Positions 38,415 to 50,286 of a stretch of DNA of 64,000 bases are shown in pieces. Source of the DNA: Octopus sinensis (lineage: Eukaryota); NCBI RefSeq assembly GCF_006345805.1, contig NC_043008.1, positions 66,650,001-66,714,000 of the forward strand. Reading direction: 5' to 3'. The notes beneath the pieces were generated by a model. The model was given only the letters and a program-made list of their open reading frames with translations, did no database searches and was not told the origin of the DNA. Position 1 is the first letter of the stretch; each line of letters opens with the position of its first letter. Both the position numbers and the translations under genes were made by a program.

Positions 38415-38843
38415 TAATTAAAAATTTATCATGAAAGTGGCTGTGTGGTAAGAAGTTTGCTTCCCAGCCACATGGTTCCAGGTTCAGTTCCACTGCATGG
38501 CACCTTGGGCTGACCGAAGCCTTGCAAGTGGATTTGTTAGAGAGAAGCCCATTGTATATGTGTGTCTTTGTGCCTGTGTTTGTCAGCCACTACCACTTGA
38601 CAACCGGTGTTGGTTTGTTTACATCTCTGTAACTTTGCAGTTCAGCAAAAAGAGACTGATAGAATAAGTATCAGGCTTAAATAAATAAATAAATGAATAA
38701 ATGTTAGGGTTGATTCATTTAACTAAAAGTTCTTCAAGGCAGTGCCCCAGCACTAAATATAACATTATAGTTAATTTTTTCTTCTCACTGCATCGATAAT
38801 CTCTGCACATCACATATTTTTGATTTATTTTTGTTGTTTTCAG

Positions 38844-38913
38844 ATTCTAGCTGACTATCCTGACACCCCCATGTCAGCCATTTATGGAGTGATTCATTTG
38901 CTGCGACTATTTG
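38844..38913 (+). CDS. MORF4L1: MRG15 exon 10 (ILADYPDTPMSAIYGVIHLLRLF)
   Basis: TTTTCAG acceptor, GTAAGA donor. PMS.YG..HLLRLF motif. Confidence 0.97.
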
Positions 38914-40801
38914 GTAAGAGCCCATTCCTCATTATGTTTCATGAAGTTGTTGATTTATAGGCAACCATTCTCTATATATGTTCCTTACAAAGACTGTTTT
39001 CATGCATGTTGCAGTACTGCAACAGAACCACGAAGTTCATGACAACATAGAAATACACAGTGTTTGTTTCTGTTTATTTTGAAAATGATGAAGAATATAG
39101 CAAAATATCTATGTCATTATTGATCTGGTTGTCATTATTAGAACATAAATTGATTTCAAATTTTGGCATAATAATTATATGATAATGAAATTATTGTATA
39201 CAGTGCTCAGGTGTACCACAACTTGTCAAAAGTGCGTATAAAGCATATGCAGTAATGTACAAATGTCTGGGAAGTGAACAGTGTATGAGTCAGATACATG
39301 CTTGCGTGTATATGGAGGGGAGAAAATCAGGTGTAGTGTTGGCGAATCTCAGGAAGCATGGAAGTTTTGAAGGATGCAGTGCTCCGACAACTAAGGCCAG
39401 TAATTTTGCGGGAGAGAGCAAGTCAGTTACATTGACCTCAATACTCAACTGGTACTTATTTTATCGACCCCGAAAGGATAAAAAGCAAAGTCAGTCTCGG
39501 AATTTGAACTCAGAATGTGAAGATGGATGAAATGCTGCTAATCATTTCACCCAGTTTGCTAATGAAACTGTGTTGGAATGTTTTAATTAAGATCACTTTA
39601 ACCTTTTCGTTACTGTATTTATTTTGAGATGCTGTGTTTCTTTGAATTACTTTAAATATAACCAAAAAATTTAGTAAAATAATAACTTAGTTATCATTCA
39701 GCTAATGTTAGGAATATAAATTGGGACTAAGGTTTGGTGGAAGATTTTAATTCAAAGTTTATGAAAACAAGACGTTTGTACTCAGAGCCAGAGCTACTTT
39801 CATCCAGGTTTGTAATGAAAGGGTTAAAAAGGAAGTTTATATCATAGAATCAGGGACAATCTCCAGTGGGTTCGTATCAGAAGGGATGGTAACTTTTGTT
39901 TGCTTTATTTCTGTTGAAATATGCTGCCTTTGTTTCAAGTAATTTTGAAAACAATGGAGAATTTTGTAAAATAACTTTGTCACTATGAAGTTGATGTTTG
40001 GAACATAAATTCACACGATATTTTGATGGAAGATTTTAATTTAAATCACTTGAAAAACAGGAAGTTTTATTTCCTCATGGTCCCAAGGGCATTCTCAGAT
40101 GATTTACTATCAAAAGGGTTAAAATGTGAAAGTTTGATTTGAAGGAAATTTGGCTGTTGTGTTTAACAAGTCAAACAACCACATAATAGTTCCCTCACTG
40201 GCATTTCTTTTCTATATCAAATTGGTCTCAATAACTAGTGTCAGACTAACATGATCCATACATGTAATGGCATTCTAATTAGCTTCTTAAAAATGTAAAC
40301 CTTGACCAAACACACTCACCAGTCACTGGAGATGTTAAAGGAACCCACACCGGTGACACATTAAAGGCATCTGTGCCAGTAACACATCATTGGCACCCGT
40401 GCTGGTGACACATAAAAGACACCCAGTACACTTTGTGGAGTGGTTGGTGTTAGGAAAGTATCCAGCCATAGAAACTAAGCCAAAACAGACTGGAGCCTGG
40501 TGCCGTTCTCTAGATCAGTTTTAGTTGAACTATTTAATCCATGCCAGCATGGAAAACAGATGCTAAATGTTGATAAATCTCAAGGGTTCTTACTAATTTT
40601 TTATCTATGGATTACTATTTTATTTTCCCCCCTCCCCCCGTCAGCCATTCAATATTTAAAAATTAGTTTTATTGAAACTTCTTTCAAGACTCTTATTTTG
40701 TTTTTCACACATTAACTATTGTAGGTTGAACTATGTAATATGTTACAGAAAGAAGGCATCTAGCCATAGAAAGAACCCCTAACTGTTTTTTGCAATACAC
40801 A

Positions 40802-42941
40802 CAGTCCTCAGTCCCCTCCTATTTATCATAGTCCTCCAGGCAATAACGGAGGAATTCAAGACAGGATGCCCCTGGGAGCTCCTCTATGCTGATGACCTTG
40901 CTCTAATTGCTGAGTCTCTATCAGAACTAGAGGAGAAGTTTCAGGTATGGAAACAAGGTTTAGAATCGAAGGGCCTTAGAATCAACCTAGCCAAAACCAA
41001 AGTCCTAATAAGTAGGAAGGTAGACCAATCACAAACGCCTTCAGGTAGATGGCCCTGCTCGATCTGTAGAAAAGGTGTAGGTAGAAACTCTATAAGATGC
41101 ACCAAGTGTAAGCTATGGACACATAAGAGGTGCAGCAATGTCAAAGGAAGGCTAACTAGGAAGATGGTTTTTGTATGTGGCAGATGCTCAGGAACAATTA
41201 ACACTGAAAATGCTCTGAGACCAACTTCCGTCACTTTCCAGGGAGAAAAGCTAGAAGTAGTTGATAGTTTCCGTTACCTAGGTGACCAAGTCAGTAGCGG
41301 GGGCGGGTGCGCTGAAAGTATAACTGCTAGAGTAAGAATAGCCTGGGCAAAGTTTAGAGAGCTCTTACCCCTGCTGGTGACAAAAGGCCTCTCGCTCAAA
41401 GTAAAAGGCAGACTGTATGATGCATGTGTACGTACAGCCATGCTACATGGTAGTGAAACTTGGGCTGTGACTGCTGAGGATTTGCGTAAGCTCGCAAGAA
41501 ATGAAGCTAGTATGCTCCGATGGATGTGTAACGTCAGTGTTCATAATCGACAGAGTTTAAGTACCTTGAGAGAAAAGTTGAACCTAAGAAGCATCAGTTG
41601 TTGTGTGCAAGAGAGACGTATGCGCTGGTATGGTCATGTGATGAGAATGGCTGAAGATAGTTGTGTGCGAAAGTGCCACACCCTGGCAGTTGAGGGGACC
41701 TGTGGAAGAGGTAGACCCAGGAAAACCTGGGTCGAGGCGTGAAGCACGACCTTCGAACTTTAGGTCTCACCAAGGAAATGACCAGTGACCGAGACCTTTG
41801 GAGGTATGCTGTGCGTGAGAAAACCCGGCAAGACCAGTGAGAACAGTCAAAATCAAGATCAAACCAAATTGAGGTCGATCAACATCAGGGCCCCCGTGCA
41901 GGTGACACGTAAAAGTACCATCCGTTCGTAGCCGTTTGCCAGCCTGTCTGGCCCCCGTGTAGGTGGCACGTAAAAGCACCATCCGTTCGTGTTTGTTGCC
42001 AGCCTGGCTGGCCCCCGTGCCGGTGACACGTAAAAGTACCATCCGTTCGTGGCCGTTTGCCAGCTCTGTCTGGCCCCCGTGCCGGTGACACGTAAAAGCA
42101 CCATCCGTTCGTGGCCGTTTGCCAGCTCTGTCTGGCCCCTGTGCCGGTGACACGTAAAAGCACCATCCGTTCGTGGCCGTTTGCCAGCCCTGTCTGGCCC
42201 CCATGTCGGTGACATGTAAAAGCACCATCCGTTCGTGTCCGTTTGCCAGCCCTGTCTGGCCCCCATGTCGGTGACACGTAAAAGCACCATCCGTTCGTGG
42301 CCGTTTGCCAGCCCTGTCTGGCCCCCATGTCGGTGACATGTAAAAGCACCATCCGTTCGTGTCCGTTTGCCAGCCCTGTCTGGCCCCCATGTCGGTGACA
42401 TGTAAAAGCACCATCCGTTCGTGTCCGTTGCCAGCCTCGCCTGGCCCCGTGCCGGTGACACGTAAAAGCACCATCCGTTCGTGGCCGTTTGCCAGCCCTG
42501 TCTGGCCCCCGTGTCGGTGGCATGTAAAAGCACCATCCGTTCGTGCCCGTTGCCAGCCTCGCCTGGCTCCCGTGCCGGTGACACGTAAAAGCACCATCCG
42601 TTTCGTGGCCGTTTGCCAGCTCTGTCTGGCCCCCGTGTTGGTGGCATGTAAAAGCACCATCCGTTCGTGTCTGTTGCCAGCCTCGCCTGGCCCCGTGCCG
42701 GTGACACGTAAAAGCACCATCCGTTCGTGGCCGTTTGCCAGCTCTGTCTGGCACCTGTGCAGGTGGCACGTAAAAAGCACCCACTACACTCACGGAGTGG
42801 TTGGCGTTAGGAAGGGCATCCAGCCGTAGAAACACTGCCAGATCTGACTGGGCCTGATGAAGCCTTCCAGCTTCACAGACCCCAGTTGAACCGTCCAACC
42901 CATGCTAGCATGGAGAATGGACGCTAAATGATGATGATGAT
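40802..42941 (+). mobile_element. 5'-truncated RTE-clade LINE (RT C-terminal half, PHD-like insert, long repetitive 3'UTR, (GAT)n tail)
   Basis: Open frame 40807-41742 with LSPLLF, LLYADDL, CVR..MLHGSETWA, RWYGHV.RM and RGRPRKTW. Frameshift near 41738, then DLRTLGL...DRDLWR. Confidence 0.92.
41890..42780 (+). repeat. GC-rich minisatellite, 60-62 bp unit, about 14-15 copies, inside the RTE 3'UTR
   Basis: Unit GCCCCCGTGCCGGTGACACGTAAAAGCACCATCCGTTCGTGGCCGTTTGCCAGCCCTGTCTG. Confidence 0.95.
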
Positions 42942-43080
42942 ATGATGATGACACAACAAAGCAAATTTTTTCAGGGGCCCTTAAAATACTATTGTGGATT
43001 CCCCAATTTACACTTTTGTTGTGTGGACCCTCTATAATTTTATATGTAATCTTGATGTAAGGGTGTGTTATGTTTTTCAG

Positions 43081-43165
43081 TGAAAATCGGAGGAATGTTG
43101 ACCTACACATCTCTGGACGAGAAGAGTATCCAGTTATTAATGCTGCACATTCATGACTTCCTACA
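43081..43165 (+). CDS. MORF4L1: MRG15 exon 11 (VKIGGMLTYTSLDEKSIQLLMLHIHDFL)
   Basis: TTTTTCAG acceptor, GTGAGT donor. LDEKS...HDFL motif. Confidence 0.96.
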
Positions 43166-44044
43166 GTGAGTATTCCTCTTGTGTTTACTTTGTCTTTTAC
43201 TACTTGTTTCAATCATTGGACCACGATCATGCTGGGGCACCACCTTGAAGTGTTTAGTTGAACAAATTGACCCGAGCACTTGCTTTTCTAAGTCTGGTGT
43301 TTATTTGATCGGTCAATTTTTATTAAATTAAACCACCAGTTACAGAGACATAAACCAATTGGCACTAATTGCCAAACAGTGGTAGGAGGCAAACATAACA
43401 CAAAGACACACATGCACAATGGGCTTTTTTCAGTTTCTGTCTACCAGATCCACTCATAAGGCTTTGGTTCCTACAGGGCTATCTGTTGCAGAAGTCACTT
43501 GTCCTAAGTGGGACTGAACACCAAGATCATATGATTGGGAAGCAAGCTTAGCATTAAATATCTATTTCTTTACTGCCCACAAGGGGCTAAACATAGAGGG
43601 GACAAACAAGGACAGACAAAGGGAGTAAGTCGATTACATTGACCCCAGTGCGAAACTGGTACTTTATTTATCGACCCGGAAAGGATGAAAGGTAAAGTCG
43701 ACCTCGGCGGAATTTGAACTCAGAACGACAGACGAAATACCGCTAAGCATTTTGCCCAGTGCACTAACGTTTCTGCCCTTAGCATTAAATATCAGTTACT
43801 CCTCAATCCTAATAGCAACATGCTGATCCATGTGTACACACACACATGCACATATGCATCTACACACATTTTCTTGCACATGCAGAAAGACACATGCATG
43901 CACACACACACTCAAAAACTGTATATCCCCCACACTCACACATTCACTTAGAATCTCACATGTATACACATTTGCAAATACGCCCAAGCACTCTCACCCA
44001 CTCTGTCTCTCACACACACATTCACTTAGAAACCCCCATATATA

Positions 44045-44557
44045 CCGTAAATCCTCGAGTATAATCCACATTTTTTTCCCCAAAAGTTAAAGGTCAAAAT
44101 CCCTAGTGCATACTATATACGAGATTAAAATTGAAAATCATTTTCTAAGCAATGTCCGAGTCTCTATTTGCTGTTCGGCAATGTTTATTCAGATGCATTT
44201 TCTGATGCAGGTGCAAAAATACCTTAAGCTAAGCCTGAAAGCAATGAAGTCATAAAAGGATCATCCATAACTTGCAGTAAGCAACATTTATTAAATGTAA
44301 TTACTGTTATTTCTTTATTTTCTGCAAACAAAATGCACAAAAAAAGCTACACGTTTGCATTATGTTATATATACAATAATAATAAAGGATGTTACCGTAT
44401 ACAGTTTTACAAACCAAGGACGTTATGTAGACCTCCTTGACTCAAGTTAGAGAAAGGGGGCGTATTATACACAATGTTTAGGTTTTTCAGGGGTACAGCC
44501 CCCTAAATATCCCCTGCGTATTATACTCAAGGGCAGACTATACTCGAAGATTTATGG
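44045..44557. mobile_element. pogo-type MITE, same family as 37921-38414, opposite orientation
   Basis: Same TIRs with TA flanks. Interior is the reverse complement of the 37.9 kb copy. Confidence 0.9.
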
Positions 44558-45419
44558 TACATATTTGCAAACACAACAACACAGTAGCACATTCTCTCAC
44601 AAATACAAGCACTCTTACTCACTCACTCACACAGGTACTCTCACACACTCATATTCGCTGTCTCGTAAACACTCATACTCAGTCAGGAAGAGCTGTAACT
44701 GCCCGGCTTGTTACCAAGTGCTGTCACTGTTCTCTCATATTCTTGCTCTCTTCACCCATTCACTGCAGCACTTTTGATCATAGGTCAGCTTGATCAAACC
44801 TGACCTGGGGCTAAACAACATTGGCAACAATCACGTGTACACCTATGGCTAAGAGGTGGAGGATATATCAAAATGACCCACCCTAATCTCTCTGGATTCC
44901 CTCTATCTCCTTCATATCAATGTAATCTCTACAATACCAAGTATGAGCTAATACTGATAGTATGAGTCAGATACTGTGTGATGGTGGTGGGGAATCTTTG
45001 AAGAGATTTCATTGGACTTCATTGTCAGTTGGAAGCTGAGGTAGTTGTGGTGGTGGAGAGAGGGGGTGGCAAGAAGGAAGTTTCATACACTCTCACAGTG
45101 ATACATGGCTGCTGTGGCAGCTTGGGACACAAAGAGAGAGGTGGAGGAGAGTGGAAAGGGTCAGAGTTCTTTTGATGTCTACTTCTATTTCATCTACTTT
45201 GATTTTCTGTAAAGGTCAAACTGGCATTACATCATGTACTGAACACTGCACTTGATAGTAATAATAATGGTGGTGGTGATGTTATTTTTTTTTCTTTCTT
45301 TATGTGGTACTGTTATATTTTTTGTTTCTTTATGTATTTTGGTGGTGGGGGTTAAAATTGTCTTTAATTCCATTATTTGTCCATATTATGATATTTTAAA
45401 TTTATCTTTTTGCTTACCT

Positions 45420-46080
45420 TCCAATCTGTCTTCTCACCTTACCTGTCGGTGTATCTAATTCTCTAACTTCTCACCTGCCTGGCTATTGATCTGTCTGTCT
45501 TCTTTCTCACCTGTACATCTATTTATATGCTCTCTTGCCTACCTGTCTATGTCTCTCTTCCCTCTCTCCTACCTGTTTATCTGTCACTTTTCCCTCTCAC
45601 TTATCTATCTCCTTTCACTTATGTGTCTACCTGCCCATCATCTTACCCACCTATTTATCTATCTGCCCTTTAACCTTCTTTTATGTCAATATATCTGTTT
45701 TCTTACATACCTATCTGTCTTCCTTTTCATCTATCTGTTTATCTGTATGTCTACCTGTCTCCTTACCTGCCTCTCTATTAGTCCTTCACTCCAGCTATCT
45801 CTTACTGTTTCCATCTATCCATCCCTTATCCTGAACCCCACCTCTCTCTCTCTGATCTTTCATCTATCTAACTACCCAAATCACTCTTTCTACCTGTGTC
45901 TTTGTCTATCTAATTATCAGTTTGTTGATATTTTGTTACCTACTGTCTGTCCAATTTGGTATCTATTTATTTCTTTGTTTGACGTTATCAGACCATTTCC
46001 CTATGTCTACCTGTCTTTCCCCTCATTCCACTGCCTCTGTGTTTTCTTTTTTATCTTTTTCCTCACTGCCTCTGTCTTCA
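45420..46080. repeat. Low-complexity TATC/CT-rich tract in the last MRG15 intron
   Basis: Degenerate TATC/CTGT repeats. Confidence 0.75.
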
Positions 46081-46109
46081 TGGAATTCTATTTTGTTTGT
46101 TTCTTTCAG

Positions 46110-46194
46110 ATTTCTCCAAAAGAACACCTCATCATTATTCAGTCTCTCTGATTACATCGTGGCATCACCTGAATATCACAGGAAAGCTATATAA
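46110..46194 (+). CDS. MORF4L1: MRG15 terminal coding exon (FLQKNTSSLFSLSDYIVASPEYHRKAI-stop)
   Basis: TCTTTCAG acceptor. PEYHRKA C-terminus, TAA at 46192-46194. Confidence 0.97.
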
Positions 46195-46952
46195 ACCAGG
46201 AATTCCACTGTTCTCTACCACACAGACTCTGTGTGTGCATGTGTGTGAGAGAGAGAAAGAAAGTGTCTTTACAAATGAGCAAGCAAGGAATAAGGAATGT
46301 AGGTGTGTGTGTGTGTGTGAAGGAAAGAGACAGACAGATATTGCCAAGAGAGCAAAACAGTTACCAAAAAGTGTTTTTTTTTTTGTTGTTGTTGTAAAGG
46401 TGTTCCATAAAAAAAGTCAGATTCTGCAAGCATTTGTAAATAATCATTTTCATCTTCCAGAGTTCTTTCCATCACTCTTCTGACCATTCTTTGATATTGT
46501 AACTAATTAAAGACCTGTTTACTAACAAAGCCACTCTGTTTATTTTTTAATTTTCTTTTATTATCATTGTTTCAATATCCACTTTTCCATACTTGCATGA
46601 GTCAAAGAGAATTCATTGAGGCAGATTTTCTTCAACCAGATGCCCTTCCTGTTGCCAACTTTCACCCATTTCCAAGCAAGGTAATATTTTTCCATGGCTG
46701 GACAAATCCGGAAATGAATGACACTGTATGTATAACAGTGATGCTCATTTACAACTATTGCTTGATATTAAGTCAAGGACAGGTGGAGACAGAGCAACCT
46801 TCTTTCAGTTTCCATTTACTAAATTCATTCACAAGGATTTGGTTGGTCTGGGACTACAGTAGAAAATGGTCGCCCAAGTTGCTATGCAGTTGGGCTGAAC
46901 TTGAAACAGCATGACTGGGAAATGAACTTTTAATACCGTAGTTACGTACTTG

Positions 46953-46986
<34 letters not shown>

Positions 46987-47340
46987 CGTGACCGACCAGG
47001 CTATCAGATGTTGCTACACATTGCTGGTTACTATACGCTTTGCATTGTTTTAGCCTTCAAATGACGCCACCCCGCTGGCTAAGCGAGCAGGCCAACAGAA
47101 GAAAGAGTGAGAGAAAGTTGTGGCAAAAGACTACAGCAGGAACCACCACCACCCCCTGCTGGAGCCTCATGGAGCTTTAGGTATTTTCGCTCAATAAACA
47201 CTCACAACGCCCGGTCTGGGAATCGAAACCGCGAGTCCACTGCCCTAACCACTGGGTCATTGCGCCTCCATACACACACACATATATATAGATATATAAA
47301 GAAAAGATGATGACAAAGGAATAAATGATTATCTTATGAA

Positions 47341-47432
47341 CTTCATTAGCTTACAGCTGTTTCCACTGTAAAACATGGTGGACTCCTAGTTGAGTGCTTG
47401 GGTAACAGCTTACAGTTTCATCAGAGCTTGAA
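47341..47432 (-). ncRNA. Type I hammerhead ribozyme motif with extended stem II and palindromic minimal helix III
   Basis: Minus strand reads TTCA-AGCT-CTGATGA-A-ACTGTAA..loop..TTACAGT-G-GAAA-CAGCTG-TA-AGCT-AA-TGAA. Truncated second copy at about 48040-48107. Confidence 0.65.
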
Positions 47433-48639
47433 ATATATATTTGTGTGTGTGTGTGCGTTTATATTGAACAGAAGATAAATGACAGACTACACAGTACAGA
47501 GTATAATTGTATTTAATCAACTGTCTCTTGCTGTGACAATGAAACAGTGAGATCCTGGTACCATCTTGGATTAAAGCACATTTTCATTATAAAACAACAT
47601 TGGCTATATCTTAGATCAAGTAACAGCCAAAAGTTTTAGCAGAATTCATGTGCATACACACATGTAGACACACAAACACTATTTTAATGCCCACTTTTCT
47701 ATGCTTGCATGGGTCGGACAGTGTTATTGAGGCAGATTTCCTATGGTAAGATGCCCCTGCTGTTGCTGAACCTCACCTGTTTTCAAGTAAAGTATTATTT
47801 CCCCAATGCCAGACATGTTTTAAAGAAATATTGAAAATAAATGACATTCAGTTATGCAGTGTCAAAACAAGGCGACCTAAACACACGCACATGTGCACAC
47901 AATGGTTTCTGTCTACCAAATCCACTCAAAGCTTTACTTGGTCCAAGGATGTAAGTAGAAAACACTTGCCCATGGTACTATCAGCATGAAACCTTACACG
48001 TGCCTTTTATCTACATAATCTATACAAACACACACATACACTGTAAGATGTAGTGGACTCATAGTTGAGTGCCTGAGTAATACCTTACAATTTCATCAGA
48101 GCTTGAAGCACGCACACACACACACACCACATTGTGTGGTGTGATTTTCAAAAAGTAGTGTACCATTCAATCAATTATAAGAGTAAAGATATTATAATAA
48201 AAACCACAAAAACCTTATGAAACACAGCTACCCAGGGTTTCCAAGCTGGAATATTAATTTATTTTGCTGTTTATCAAGCTGTTAAAAGCAAGTCAATCTA
48301 GTAACATCATTGCAACTGATGTTTGAATAAGCATGCTCGTTTAGAAAAACACAGAGAAATGCAAGGGAGATAATGAACTTCACAGTAAATATAATCAATG
48401 TCTTACAAATATCAAGATTACATAAACCAACACTGGAATGGTTTATGATGTGTCCAGTGGTTTATTCTTAATTTTCACTAAGATGTGTTCTGTAAAATGC
48501 AAACATGAAGAAAAGATCTCACTCAGGTATTTACACAGTCACTGTAGATTCTTAAGTTTTTCAAACGAGCATACAGAACACCATTTTGATTTGTAAATAC
48601 GAGGTTTGGTCTTAGAGAGGATCTCCCATTTGATATTAT

Positions 48640-49100
48640 AGTTGATGTTCTCTACTTTGTTTTCAGAGAGAGTTGTTACATGTCTCTTGTTAGAGTATTA
48701 GTAAACTATAGCAATGGCCAATCAGAGACCGACCATTATACCAGATGCATAAAAAGAAAAGGAAAATTTTTTTTTCGGTTATCAAGTCTGGACGTAGGTC
48801 TCACAGATGTCCAAAGCTTCATTTCCATAATCGTCTCAAGTGGTCTCTCATTTTATGCAATGTCCTTCCCAATCGGTCAGATTCTCTGGCTGTTCATCAG
48901 AAGGCATGGAAGACTTTGTGTGATGCCAGAGTAGAGCACTTTGGAACCAAATGCAGGAAACTGCATGAACAGAGGAGGAGACATCAACTTCTTGTGGCTG
49001 TTGTTCAGGGTCACTTTCAGTGTCCTCACTGTCACAAGACCCGCCTGTCTTGTTAACCATGTCTGCTGGGAGCAGAAGAGAATGAGTGTCTTGGATTGAC
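48640..49100 (+). mobile_element. Decayed RTE (BovB-like) LINE 3' end with C-terminal CPHC zinc-knuckle remnant
   Basis: SGRRSHRCPKLHFHNRLKWSL.LCN...AWKTLC..RVEHF...CPHCHKT resembles the RTE-1/BovB C-terminus. Confidence 0.6.
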
Positions 49101-49200
49101 ATTGTCACTTTTGTTGGGCTGTTATAAGCAAATAAAGGAAGGAAAATTTAAGTCTAGATACAACAACCATCTTTTGACCTTTAGACACCAATTCTCAGAC
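49100..49200 (+). mobile_element. PLE GIY-YIG endonuclease fragment
   Basis: EGKFKSRYNNHLLTFRH matches the PLE endonuclease segment E..FK.RYNNH..SFRH. Confidence 0.6.
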
Positions 49201-50286
49201 AGTCACTGGGACAAGCCTGGACCTTTAGATTACAGTAACATTCCACCCAATGGACTTCTATACAGTTTCCAACTACTCAGTTTCACCCACAAAGTATGGA
49301 TTTATCTGAAGCTATAGAAAACAATTGCTCAAGATGCCATGCTGTTGAATTGAAACCGGAGCTTCATGATTGTGAAATGAACTTGACTATTCAGTCATAC
49401 TGTGATTACACACACATATGAAGGCATGTATCCCAGTGGTTATAGTGTTGACCTCTCAATCATAAAGTCTTGGGTTCAACTTCTGAACAAAGCAGCACGA
49501 CATCTCATGAGTAAGGTACTACATTTTCACATTGCTCTTGAGTATGTTCATCAGAAAACGAGTTCCAGCTTATGCTGGGACAGTCTTAATATTCTGTTGA
49601 GTCAAGAGTGAGAGGACATCTATGATTGCATGTGACTGCACAGGCATGTAAAACAATTAGCTAGAACTAGGTACTTACAATTATTGAATTTTCTAACATA
49701 CTAGTCAACTGTAAACATACAAATATTATCACTACCTTTCCAAATCCTGGTGCATTTCACATAGAAATTTTGGTCCTTCAGAATCATCGTGATGTGTAAG
49801 CTGACCTTTCATTTTTGGCATTCAGGTCACAACTACAATGTCTTGGCAAATGTTTTTGTAAGACCCATATATTTGTATGTGGAAACTATAGAAGACCACT
49901 GAGTAGATTCTACTGAAAATTCAAACATTGCCTCACCAAAGTGTCATGTTCATTATGTTAAGGGTACATACTGGGCTGGATTTATATCAAGTAGTGTCCC
50001 TGGACCAATGAGTTTGGAAAAATCCAAAGATTTTTCTAATTCAAAACATAATGAGAATCCCTTTAATTCTAGGGACCCCAAACAGTTTGAAGAGACCCTA
50101 AAACTTAAAATGGCTTCAGTAAATTTGTTGGCTTTTTAAATTTAAAAGGGCCCGATAAATCAAAAACAGGCTCTATAATTTTAAAAGAATTTCATTTTTT
50201 TTTTTTACTTTTACTTGAATTTTTAGTCAAATGAATCAACCTTAGTACTTATTTCGTTGATCTCTTTGGCTAAACCACTAAGTTAC

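Noticed and set aside
42851-42875. CTGATGA motif resembling a hammerhead core
   Set aside because: It is a point variant of CTGGTGCA in the RTE tail, with no stem II or GAAA.
41767-42898. Three long repetitive minus-strand ORFs (282-337 aa)
   Set aside because: They are translations of the 60-62 bp minisatellite, and the same three peptides rotate among frames.
43130-43150. Apparent frameshift in MRG15 exon 11
   Set aside because: Recount gives CAG TTA TTA ATG CTG CAC, so the frame is intact.
45486-46151. 221-aa Leu/Ser/Phe-rich ORF
   Set aside because: Low-complexity TATC/CT intronic tract with no domain. The real exon starts at 46110.
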